DNA of 63,066 bases from Octopus bimaculoides. Lineage: Eukaryota. The notes under the pieces are model-generated. The model saw only the letters and a program-made list of their open reading frames with translations. It did no database searches and was not told the DNA's origin. The translations under genes were made by a program, and so were the position numbers. This document shows positions 51,801 through 62,459 of the stretch, one piece after another. Location: contig NC_069006.1 of assembly GCF_001194135.2 (NCBI RefSeq), positions 20,011,803 to 20,074,868 of the forward strand. Reading direction: 5' to 3'. Positions within the stretch are counted from its first letter, which is position 1. Each line of letters begins with the position of its first letter.

Positions 51801-54800
51801 AAAATAGTCTAATGTTGGGGCATAGAAACCCTTGACAAGGCAAAAAAAATGGGTGCATGAGAAAACTATGAAATTATAGTTCTTAAATCTAGCACGAAGA
51901 AATCAGTGGATAAGTTGGTGTTATCTGGCAGCACACTTATCATGAAAATAGGAGGTGTAGGTTCAGTTCCCATGCAGTAGTGTAACTGGGGGAGGGGAAA
52001 GGGGGGAGCACTCAATTTATACCAGCTGAGTGGACTGGAGCAGTGTGAAATGAAGTGTCTTGCTCAGGAACACAACGCATCTCCCATTCCGGTTCAGGAA
52101 TCAAAAACCACAATCTTACAATCACATGTCCAACATCCTAACCACCAAGCCATGCTCTCCCATTTATTGCTACAAAGACTCATAAGAAAGAAATTATACC
52201 TGTATGTGTTAAATACATCTCCAAAAAGTGCTTCCTTACCAGCTTATCTGATGTGATTTACAGTTTTTTATTAATAACATACTAAACTGCTTGTTATTCT
52301 CATTTGCGTTTCCATTTACAGCAATGCCATGGTAATTAGAACCGCGTCATTTTCTGTGTTTCAGGGCAAATTGTTTCATAGTCTTCTTGAATGTTTTTCT
52401 CTGAGATGTGCGGAAATATTGATTTTTTTCCAAGAACACAGTCAATGCAGATGTGACGGTTTTGTTTTGTGTCGTTTATTATTACTAACATGATTTTTAT
52501 GTTTTCTTTCTTTTTTTTTTTGTTTCGCTTTCTGTTTTCGTAGGATTTGGTTAGACGGGTACGACAGTTAGAAGCACATGTTTCTCAACTGCGCAACATA
52601 ATCCTGAAGAATGATAAGAAAGAAGATAAGAAGAAAGATCGAAAAGGAAAAGTTTTTGATTTTTCTAAGTGAGTCTGCAATTTTTGCATCTTATAATGTG
52701 GAATATAATAACCCCCCACCCCCCAAAAAAACCCTTTTGGATTAACTACCATGCTTAGGTCCATCATGGGCCCAAGGGACTGAGATAACAACACTCCCTC
52801 TTGAACTAGATGCCAGACCATTTCAGGGTTAACTTCCCAACCATTGCTGGAACTCATTTGTAGCTGAGTGGACTGGTGCATATAAAGTGAAGTGTTTTGC
52901 TTAAGAACATAATGTACCGACCAGTCCAGGAACCAAAACTATGGCCTTACAAGCTTTCACTATCATGAGGGAGTTAAAAAATATTTTGCCATTGTTTTGC
53001 AGTGAACTATTTTTCACTAGCAGAACAGTTACTTCTACTTCCAGTAGTCAGATATCTACCATTGACAAGGCAAAAGAAGGTTGCTGGTAGTCCTGGCAAT
53101 GGAAATGGTAGTGATTGTCTCCCCCTAGCAATGTAAGTGAAGTGCTTATGTGCACCACAAAACCATATGAAAGGTTCTCTCATAGTATCTATCGCAGTAT
53201 TGTGTGTTCTAAAACAGCATCCACTTTTAAGTGGTGATAAATTCTATATTTTGGTATTAATACTACTTCTGCTGCTTTAATTAGCTAAATATTTTTCTCA
53301 TCTTCACATTAAGAATATATGATATATCCAATGTGTGCTATAGTAGCTATATACTGGAGAAGAATATGTCTTAGACAATTTGTAAGACATTTATATTAAG
53401 GAATTTGTCCCAATTAATATATTAAATAAAACCAAGAAGGTTGGTTGTTAGATTCAGGAAATATATTTAAACTCACTTAATCCTTCTGATAGCAACCCAA
53501 TTGAGACAGGCCCTGGTTCTATGATACAAACTTCCCGTTTTAAAGTGATGTAAATTAAAATCTTCCTTCAGAATTATACATTTCATTTATTTTTAATTTT
53601 CATTTTCAGGTACAATACAAGACACATTGCTCTGAAAGTAGCCTATCTTGGTTGGGACTACCATGGCTTTGCTGTTCAAGAAGACAATGAAAAAACTATT
53701 GAGGCAGCATTATTTGAAGCATTGATTAAAACAAAACTAGTTGATTCACGGTAAGTGTCTAGAATAGAATTGAAAAAAAAAAAAAGCTGGTAATTATCTT
53801 GGGTGATTTATTAATGTGGAAAATTTCAGATGCACCATATTGGCGAATGACGTCAATTAGGTGCTGGTGCGGTTGTGTGGTTAAGAAGCTTGCTTCCCAA
53901 CCACATGGTCATGGGTTCAGTCCCACTTGGGCACACTCATTTCTCATTCTCTAGTTTGGAGAATGTGTCAACTTTTTTTCCATCATTTCCACAATTATTT
54001 CCTTCAGATATTTCTTTTGGTTCTACAAGGGTTGGCTGAAAAGTTCATAGGCTGACCAAGATACTCTCATGAAATGTAACTAAATGAGCTTTATTTTGGA
54101 ACATAAACCACCCCTTGCTGTCCACACACTTCTTCCATTGGTATTTGCAGTACTGGATGCCATTGGTGAAGAAGCTTTCGTCCTGTCATCAACAGCAGAT
54201 ATGACATCATCATCATCACTATGATACTGGTTCCCAACCAAGTGTGTTTCTCATGCTGGGAAGCAGAATATCTTTTAGTGCCATTTCCATTAAATACATT
54301 GTCAGCTGTGGATTGGTTGATAATAAGCATGTTATTAGGTGCTGCTGTGGGTGTGTGGTTAAGAAGTGTGTTTCTCAACCACATGGTTTTCAGGTTCAGT
54401 CCCACAGCTTATCACCTTGTGTACTTGGCTGAATGTAATCACATCGTTTTGAATTAATCATGAATTATCTCATGACTTTCAGATTTCAGTGTTGTGATTG
54501 TTTATTTTTTTAGAATGTCATTGTAGAGTAGGTGCGAGAGGCCAGATCTGGCCTGTTAGACCATAAAGCAGGAATATTATTTGGACCAGATATAACTGAT
54601 TTGAACCAGATATGGATTAAATACTAGAATTTCTTGAGACATGTCTTAACATTTGCTGTTATTTAACAAGTCTTTTTCTTTATTTCCAGGGAGAATTCCA
54701 ACTATCATCGTTGTGGAAGAACTGACAAAGGTGTCAGTGCTTTTTGTCAGGTTTGTAACAAAGTCTCTAATTACTTTCCTCTTACATTAGTTCAAGTTCA

Positions 54801-57800
54801 AAGTTTAGTTCCCTTCTTAGGTGGCTGGCTAAGCATGCCAGGCAAAACGCTTAGCAGTGTATCATTTATATTCTGAGTTCAAATTCCACTGAGGTCAACT
54901 TTGCATTTCATCCTTTCAGGGTCAATAAAATAAGTATCAGTTGAACGCTGGGGTCGGTGTAATTGACTAGAGACCTCTTTCCCAAAATTGCTGGCCTTAT
55001 GCCAAAACTTGAAATCAATATTAAGACAATACAAAATGGCAAGCTGGTTGAATTGTCAGCACGCTAGACAAAATGCTTAGTGGCATTCCATCAGTTTTCA
55101 CGCCGCCTTTTTTTTATATTGAATTTTCTTTCTTAAAATACTTTCAGGTTATTTCCTTGGATCTTCGAACATCATTGTTAGAAGGGCCAGGTGTAAAAGT
55201 TCGTCAGAATGGAACTGCTCATGAAAGGCCAGGTATGAACAAAATTCAGAATCTAATTTTCAAAGTACCTTTTCACTAAATTAATTTTTTTTTCCCCATT
55301 CTTGATTTTTTTTTTTTTTTTTATACAAAATTTTTTTTAAATTCTATTTTGCATCTTCAGGTGACAACATGACTGAAATTAAGTATGTTCATATTCTCAA
55401 CAAAGTCCTTCCTCCAGAAATTAGGGTATTAGCTTGGGCTCCAGTAGATCCTTCCTTTAGTGCAAGGTAATGACACCCTGGCTTTTTTTATCTTCTTTTT
55501 TATTTTTCCCTTACATCCAAATTTACATCCAACAATTTTGTTACTTGGTTTTTACACTTTTATTTTTTTTAATGTTTTAGGTTTAATTGTAAAAGGAGAA
55601 ATTATAAATATTTTTTCCCTGTTGGAAACCTGGATGTTCAGGTACGTAATCGTTTGTTATTTCATAGATTATCTAATCCCTAAGTATAAAATTTGATCGC
55701 TATAAACAAATGATCTGCACAGGTTGATCAGCAAGAAATTGTGGAACCCCTATCTGTCTTATTATGACTGGGGAATCCCCCATCTTGTGTGAATATGAGA
55801 CTGTTATGGACTCTTGAATTATTTGAAACCCAGGGTCTCATATTGAGGGAGTGAACTTGTTAACCATTTGGCCAGCTGTGTTCACTATATTATCACAACA
55901 AAGACTATGTTGGTTTATCAACTTGTCTTGGTTGACTTGACAAAGTAAATATGAGATGGGAATATTGTGTGTTATATTATGGATGATAATTTGGCATATA
56001 TCGAGACAGAGTCATTTTATAGAGCCAAGTAAGGCCTACATCATTGGTTTTCAACTGGGGTCCTCATGGCCCTTAGAAATCCACATAAGATTTTGCTGTT
56101 AAAATTTACATGTGATAAATTAGTTTTCTAAAATATGGAATTTGCGAGTTGTATATTGTTGGACAAGCTTTTCTTTGGCACCGGATATGTTGTATCATTG
56201 CTGTATTATTCTACAATATAAAACATATTTCAAAAATTTTTTTCATAAAATTCCTAATAATATCTAACTATAAAAATGTTCTAGGACTTTTTTTAAACAT
56301 TGAATGGCTATGGGGTCGAGAAGAGTGAAATAGGAACCAAAGGGCTCCATAGGCACAAAAATGGTCGAGAACCACCGGTCTGCCTGTTGAGATAAAAACA
56401 TTGCGTAGAATGTGGTAAATATATTTGAAAGGCTTTATTGTTTCTGTTTAACAGTTGATGGCTGAAGCAAGTCAAAAGTTAGTTGGAGAGCATGATTTCC
56501 GAAACTTCTGTAAATTGGATGTAGCCAATGGGGTTGTGAGCTGTAAAAGGAAAATTCTTTCTGTTGACATTATGGTTGTAGAACAAGGGTAAGTGACTTC
56601 ATTTTCACTTGGTTCTTGAAACAATCCCTTTATTTTTCCCCCATTTAACCCTTTATTTGAGCCAGATATGGCCATTTAACCGGCCATATCTGGCTCAGAT
56701 CTTTTACCTGATTCATGTTCAAAGTGGCCAGATTGGGCCTCTCACACCTATCCTACAATATCATTCTAAAAATAGACAATCACATCATCAACATATTTGA
56801 GGCTATGAGATATTGCTTGAATGGAAAATAGGTCAATTTCAAAACATTGATGTCCAGGTCACAAAAGCAAAGTTTGAAGGGAATAGTAGTCACTTCCTTT
56901 GATTTCTGGATAGAAGCAAATAGGACAAAATACAGCAAAAATGTATAAATTTTGTGACAGTGTAATCAAAGATGAGTTAAGTAGAGTGTGTTGTCTGTTG
57001 AACTGAAAAAATGGAATGATTGAAACATGTTAATATTTAACAGGAAAATATAAACTAAAAGTGACTTTAAAAATCAGGTTTGTCCTTCATGTGTTGTCTC
57101 TTAGATTTTTCCCTTTTTCCAGTTAAAGGAAATATTACCTTAAACACTTTTGCCATTGGAAAATTCTCTGTAAAAAATTTCTGTAAAAAATTTTGTTTTA
57201 AATGTCTTCATGTTTTTTTACTGTTTTGACATTGAATAAAGACTTGACTATTTAATGCTTTTATAAAACCTTTTGTTATTTCGAAAATGCTGATATAATA
57301 CGTTTTATCAGTGTCCATGTGGTGAATTTGTCTTGCGGCAAATTTTCCTATACGGCAAAACTTCTTATAGTGACTATTCCGGGCAGTTATCATGAAAAAA
57401 AGACAAAATGTCTTTTAATCTTTGCTAACTTCCATGTAATTAGTTGGGACATAAATAATTTCAATTATCTACTACAACAGTTGTTTTATTTTCCTTGTAG
57501 ACCAAATGGCTATGAAATTTGCGAGTTGTGTATTGTTGGACAAGCTTTTCTTTGGCACCAAATACGTTGTATCATTGCTGTATTATTTCTCATTGGAGAA
57601 GGCAAAGAATCTCCAGAGGTAATCAATTTATTCATGAATTCTTAATTATCCATTTAGTTTGATGAAATGACTCATATTGAAATTCTGGAAAATAAAAACA
57701 GAAGCATGTGGCTTAGTGGTTAGGGTGTTGGCTTCATGGTCATAGGATTGTGGTTTCAATTCCTGGACCGGAATTTGGTCAGCCCAAAGCTGTAGGTGCC

Positions 57801-60800
57801 ACGCAGTGGTACTGAACCCATAACCATGTGGCTGGGAAGCAAACTCTTTACCACACAGCCACATTTACACCTATGTATGTTTAAATTTTTTTTTTTTTCC
57901 ATAATTTTCTACTCTAAATGTACAAACAAGACAATGTAATATAATTATTAATGATAATTAATTGATTAACCTTTGTTTCTTTGAAGATTATAGAGGAACT
58001 GCTAAACATTGAAAAAACACCACGGAGACCCCAATACAACATGGCTTCCGGTAAGCTTGAACAGCATATTGATTGATTTAACATTATTGATAATTACCCT
58101 TTCCATTAAGTTCTCTTTTCTTCTACTTCTCTCTTTCTCTCTTCTTCCTTCTCACTCTCTCTTCCTTCCTCCCCCCCTCTCACCTTCCATTTCTCTCTCT
58201 TCCTACCCTCTCCATCCTCTCTCCCCCTTCTGTCCTCCCTCCCTTTTTCTCTCCTCCTTCTCTCTCACCTCTCTTCCTCTCTTTCTGTCCTTCCTCCCCC
58301 TCTCTCACCTTCCCTTTTCCTCCCTCCCTCTCTCCTCCCTCACCCCACAATAAATTGTACTGTGGTTGTTTGGATGACTCCACATGTCTCATTTGTTAAT
58401 TAATGTCTCTCCTGTAAATGTCATATTCTGTGTTTGTGGTTCCAACATTCCATTTGACATCTCTCATTCAGTTCCAACAGAACAATCCAATAACCATCAT
58501 CATCAGCATCATCTGCATCACCACTATTGCACGACCCATTGTTTTATGCCCAGAATAAGTAATATTTTGTTTCATGGAAATATAGATTTGTATTCAATAA
58601 AAAAAAAGTAAAAACAATATTGAAATAAAAGAAACATTTGATACATCATCATCATTTTTGTACATCCGTCCATTTTCCATGCTGGCATGAGTTGAACAGA
58701 TTGACAGGAGCTGCACCAGATTCCATAGTGTGTTTTGGTTTGGTTTCTACAGTTGGATGCTCTTCCTAATGCCAACCACTTTACAGGAAATACTGGGAGC
58801 ATTTTAAATACCACCATCACCAGTGCTTTTCATGTGGCACCATCACCAGTGCTTTTCATGTGGCACCACCACCAGTGCTTTTCATGTGGCACCATCACCA
58901 GTGCTTTTCATGTGGCACCATCACCAGTGCTTTTTACATGGCACCATCACTAGTGCTTTTTATGTGGTACCATCACCAGTGCTTTTTACATGGCACCATC
59001 ACTAGTGCTTTTTATGTGGTACCATCACCAGTGCTTTTCATGTGGTACCTTAGTTTTAGAGTATCGTGGTTTTACGACATGATGATGATGATGATATATA
59101 CCAGTAAGAGTTCATTCCACACTTGTAAAAACTTTTGATGTTCAGTTGGAATATTTAAATTTGTATAAATAAATGCCTTGAGACCATTAATGACCACCTG
59201 TTATTCTGTAGTGCTATTGTGCATTTCATGTATCTCTTTGTCATTTTCAGAACTTCCTTTGGTGCTGTTTGATTGCCATTTCTCAGAAGAAGATCTGGAC
59301 TGGGTCATTGAAGCTGGTCAGTTACATTCCCTCCCACTTTTTTCTCTTTTTAAATTAAGTTTAGTCATTCGACTGCAGCCGTGCTGGAGCACTACATTTG
59401 AGTGTTTTATGTTTTAGTTGATCATATCAACCACAGTATTTATTTTAATCTGATATTACTTTTATAATGCCAGTTAAGACACATGCATGCACACACACAC
59501 ACACACACACATGATGGCAAATGAGGGTTATTATACTAGCAGAGATATCTAGCATTGCTCGAGATTAAAATCGTACAGTCTGTATATATAGATATTACTT
59601 GCCCAAGGTGCTGTGCAGTAGATTCAAATTCAGAAGGACACGGTGGCAAAGCGAACTCTTTTCTAACATTGACATGTTTACACTGCTATATGTGTTTGTA
59701 ATTTTGTTGTAACTGCTTTTGTTGATGTCATATTTGAAAACTTTATCTTCAATTCGTTTGTAGATTGTCATGAAGAAAATATCCGACATTTCCAGAAGGT
59801 GTGGGCCCAACATGCAATCAAGTAAGTTTCTTTATCAATTTTAATACTGTCATTAGCCCTTTCGTTACTGTATTTATTTTGAGATGCTCCGTGTTTCTTT
59901 CAATTACTTTAAATATAAAAAAGAATTTAGTAAAATAACTTAGTTATCATTCAGCTGGTGTCAGGAACATAAATTGTGGCTAAGGTTTGGTGAAAGATTT
60001 TAATTCAAAACTTATGGAAACAAGACATTTGTACTCAGAGCCAGAGGTGGTTTCAGCCGGGTTGGTAACGAAAGGGTTAAAGTGATTGTAGTTTGTGTTT
60101 GAATTAATCCTTTTGTTGCCATATTTCTGTTCCAATATGATGCCTTTTGCTTCAGTTAATTTTTAAAATATTGAAGCATTTTATGAAACGCCCCTGCCAT
60201 TATTATTCTGAAGTTTGAAACACAAATCAGCTTTGAATTTTGATGGAATGAACTTTGTATCAGGAACTTTGTATCTCTAAAATAGGAAATTTGTATACAA
60301 ACCAAGATTGGTCAGAAGCAGTTTAGTATCAAAAAGGTTAAGATTCTTTGTCCATTAGCCTTTTTTTTTTTTTTTTTTTTCAGAATTAATTTTTAGTGGC
60401 GTTAGGAAGGGCATCCAGCTGTAGAAACTCTGCCAAATTTAGATTGGAGCCTGGTGTTGCCATCCAGTTTCACCAGTCCTCAGTCAAATCGTCCAACCCA
60501 TGCTAGCATGGAAAGCGGACGTTAAACGATGATGATGATGATGATGATTACATATAGAAAGTTAACCCTTTAGCATTCAGATTATTCTGTTAAATGTAGT
60601 GGTTATTTATTCATACTGTTTAAAAATTAATCATATCTTATCTCATAGCTTTGAAGATTTGATGATGTGGTTCTATATTTTTAGAATGACATTGAAGGAT
60701 AGGTGTCAGAGACCAGATCTGGCTGGTCTGAACATAAAGCAAATAGAATATTTGGGCCGGAGATAGCTGGTTTAAATGATAAAGGGTTAAGTCTAATTCA

Positions 60801-62159
60801 GATAGAATATTACAAAGGAAACCGTTTTTGTGAGTTTATTATTTCAATTTTGGTTAAATTTAACCTTTTGATGAAGGTATACTTGTACTTTGTGTGTTAT
60901 CTAATTGTTTTTCATTCTTTCCTTTGTAGAGCAGCTATGGTTAAACAAATGCTTGAAGGACTCAACAGCCACAAAGTTGAAACCGGTATGTATTAAATTA
61001 TTGAATCTAGACATAAACTTGAAATCTTGCTTCCATTATATCTAACTGCAGTGAGCAGGCAGAGTTGTTAGCATGTCAGACAAAATGCTTAGTAGTATTT
61101 CTTCTAGCTCTTTACATTCTAGTTTTAAATTCCACTGAGGTCAACTTCACCTAGCATTCCTTTCAAGGTTGATAAAATTAGTACAGCTGAGGGCTGGGAT
61201 TGATGCAATATGCTCAAACATATTGTCTCAAAATTAGAAAGAATTATTCTTTTACTTTCTTCAGTCATTTGACTGCAGCCATGCTGGAGCACTACCTTTT
61301 AGTCAAAGAAATATACCCCAGAACTTATTCTTTGTAAACTTATATAATTATATAATTTAGCTTGGTAAAGTGCCTTTATGTATCACAAAATTAATTTCTT
61401 TCATATTAAATTCTCTGTTTCTCTATTTTGACATGATTATTCATTTGCTTATTGTTTTTGTTTTATTCTTGTCTTAGATACTGATATAGCTCCATGGTGT
61501 GAGCTGAGTGAGCCAATACTTGCCCAAAGTGAATGGTTAACACCTGGCTGTAAACCAAGACATTACAAATCTCTGTTGCAAAGACAAACATGTGGTAAGT
61601 TTCACAAATTTTAAATTGAAAACATATGGCCTTCTGTACTCTGGCAGTTTGTTGTACTTGATAAGACACGTCAAGCTAAGTAAAGTCACTGTCTTCCACA
61701 CCTACAGACTTGTTCTTTCAGGTGCCGGTGCCACTTAAAAATCACCCATGTTGGTGCTACATTAACACACCTGTGTTGGTGTTGTGTTAACACACCCATG
61801 CCTATATTTTGTTAACAAACCTACGCCTGTGCTGCGTTAACATATCTGTACTTGTGCTGCAGTGCCGGTGTTGCATTAACACACCTGTGCCAGTGCTGTG
61901 TTAACACACCTGTGCCAGTGCTGCGTTAACACACCTGTGCCAGTGCTGCGTTAACACACCTGTCCTGGTACTGTGTTAACACACCCATGCTGGTGCTGCG
62001 TTAAAAGATTTTTTCTTTTTTTTTTTTTTTCATTTTGCCAATCTCTTTCATGTTGTTGTTGTTATTACAGAGAGCCTGGAATCAAAAATTGAACATTATT
62101 CAAAGAAAAGGAAATTCGTTGAAAATCAAGACTCCTGGTCAGGATTTGCTGGTGAATGA
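41276..62159 (+). CDS. PUS3: Whole spliced model, 16 coding exons, predicted 709 aa: 283-aa N-terminal extension plus 426-aa tRNA pseudouridine(38/39) synthase
   Basis: Manual exon chaining. Every intron is GT..AG and phases match at every junction. The join from 49911 to 52544 is inferred from phase compatibility, not from transcripts. Confidence 0.7.
45501..45708. mobile_element. Same piggyBac-like MITE family, opposite orientation
   Basis: TTAA|CCCTTTAGC ... GAAGGG|TTAA. Interior matches the reverse complement of 60566-60786. Confidence 0.7.
46005..46520. repeat. Old 270-bp tandem duplication
   Basis: Anchor GTGTCCACxCATGCAGTTCAG at 46041 and 46311. Confidence 0.8.
46529..46835 (+). mobile_element. 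tRNA-derived SINE (family D) with Pol III boxes
   Basis: A box TGGCCTAGTGG at 46540-46550 and B-box-like GGTTTCAATTTCC at 46583-46595. A similar head occurs at about 57700-57770. Confidence 0.65.
48940..49147. mobile_element. piggyBac-like MITE copy (same orientation as 45501)
   Basis: CCCTTTAGCAT start and AAAGG|TTAA end. Confidence 0.6.
49376..49911 (+). CDS. Second coding exon of the extension (DCSKTKVRGHKCNYRVKMTMRLGHVNSWFVEVTGDH...IKSEP...DSNENDNDDEK)
   Basis: Long poly-T tract plus TGCAG acceptor, 536 nt open, phase 1 in. Donor AAG|GTATTA is phase 0, matching PUS3 exon 52544. Confidence 0.75.
52544..52668 (+). CDS. PUS3: PUS3 exon (DLVRRVRQLEAHVSQLRN...KVFDFS), N-terminal coiled coil
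   Basis: Acceptor TTCGTAG and donor GTGAGT. Matches the PUS3-family LLKRVRELE...AFDFS segment. Confidence 0.92.
53610..53750 (+). CDS. PUS3: PUS3 exon (YNTRHIALKVAYLGWDYHGFAVQEDNEKTIEAALFEALIKTKLVDS)
   Basis: TruA/PUS3 motif I (AYxGWxYxGF). Acceptor TTTCAG and donor GTAAGT. Confidence 0.96.
54690..54750 (+). CDS. PUS3: PUS3 exon with the catalytic Asp (ENSNYHRCGRTDKGVSAFCQ)
   Basis: Canonical RTDxGVSA motif, flanked by AG and GT. Confidence 0.97.
55148..55232 (+). CDS. PUS3: PUS3 exon (VISLDLRTSLLEGPGVKVRQNGTAHERP)
   Basis: VISLDLR motif. AG/GT sites, phase 0 to 1. Confidence 0.93.
55361..55466 (+). CDS. PUS3: PUS3 exon (DNMTEIKYVHILNKVLPPEIRVLAWAPVDPSFSA)
   Basis: LNxxLPxxIR...FSARF motif. 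AG/GT sites. Confidence 0.95.
55581..55641 (+). CDS. PUS3: PUS3 exon (FNCKRRNYKYFFPVGNLDVQ)
   Basis: RxYxYFFP motif. AG/GT sites. Confidence 0.93.
56042..56377. mobile_element. Older copy of the same hAT-type MITE (opposite orientation) carrying a PUS3 exon fragment
   Basis: Decayed TIRs CATTGGTTTTCAAC / GGTCGAGAACCACCG. The interior is colinear with the reverse complement of 27595-27844 apart from the insert at 56134-56210. Confidence 0.75.
56455..56588 (+). CDS. PUS3: PUS3 exon (LMAEASQKLVGEHDFRNFCKLDVANGVVSCKRKILSVDIMVVEQ)
   Basis: GxHDFRNxCKxDVANG motif. Donor GTAAGT. Confidence 0.96.
57501..57618 (+). CDS. PUS3: PUS3 exon (PNGYEICELCIVGQAFLWHQIRCIIAVLFLIGEGKESPE)
   Basis: GQAFLxHQxRC motif. 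AG/GT sites. Confidence 0.96.
57987..58050 (+). CDS. PUS3: PUS3 exon (IIEELLNIEKTPRRPQYNMAS)
   Basis: ELLNIEKxPxxPQY motif. AAG acceptor and GTAAGC donor. Confidence 0.93.
58815..59048. repeat. Minisatellite, 9 x 26 bp (CATCACCAGTGCTTTTCATGTGGCAC)
   Basis: Direct count. Units 5-6 are repeated as units 7-8. Confidence 0.92.
59251..59316 (+). CDS. PUS3: PUS3 exon (ELPLVLFDCHFSEEDLDWVIEA)
   Basis: PLVLxDC motif. AG/GT sites. Confidence 0.93.
59764..59821 (+). CDS. PUS3: PUS3 exon (DCHEENIRHFQKVWAQHAIK)
   Basis: HxQxxWAxHAxK motif. Donor GTAAGT. Confidence 0.92.
59857..60076. mobile_element. piggyBac-like MITE
   Basis: Perfect 12-bp TIR CCCTTTCGTTAC. Flanks TTAG / TTAA. Confidence 0.75.
60397..60548 (+). 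mobile_element. Young SINE family C 3' part with (GAT)n tail
   Basis: 88 of 89 nt identical to 20866-20954. Older copies at about 33255-33458, 48345-48615, 50565-50760(-) and 58645-58800(-). Confidence 0.8.
60566..60786. mobile_element. piggyBac-like MITE of an abundant family
   Basis: TTAA|CCCTTTAGCATT ... AATGATAAAGGG|TTAA. Confidence 0.75.
60930..60985 (+). CDS. PUS3: PUS3 exon (AAMVKQMLEGLNSHKVET)
   Basis: MLxGL motif. Phases 2 to 1 fit the neighbouring exons. Confidence 0.9.
61478..61594 (+). CDS. PUS3: PUS3 exon (TDIAPWCELSEPILAQSEWLTPGCKPRHYKSLLQRQTC)
   Basis: YKxLxxRxxC motif. Donor GTAAGT. Confidence 0.9.
61745..62003. repeat. Minisatellite, about 25-bp unit (GTGCTGCGTTAACACACCTGTGCCA)
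   Basis: About 10 progressively diverged units. Confidence 0.8.
62071..62159 (+). CDS. PUS3: PUS3 last coding exon (ESLESKIEHYSKKRKFVENQDSWSGFAGE*)
   Basis: LESxIxH motif. TGA at 62157-62159. KKRK resembles a nuclear localisation signal. Confidence 0.88.
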
Positions 62160-62459
62160 AGTCTGCGAGAAACTGTGCCAAATGAGATTCGTTTTGGGAT
62201 CCAGTGATATGATTGTTTGCCAGATTACTTGGAATATCGACTAGTCCAAAACCTATGAAAGGGACCAGCAGTGGACCCTGTTATTATTTGTATTTGTTTA
62301 TGTTAATTTTACAAAATAGGGGTCCAGTGAAATAAGTCAATATTTTGTATTAGTCTAGCAGAGCATGCTAGAATGAGAGAAATTCTTATGGAAAGAAAGA
62401 CAAACAAAACAAAAAAAAACCAAAAAAAAAACAAAAAAACTAAAAAAAATTCAAATTAA

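Noticed and set aside
58815-59048. CRISPR-like regular repeat
   Set aside because: Units are adjacent with no unique spacers, the context is eukaryotic and there are no cas genes. It is a minisatellite.
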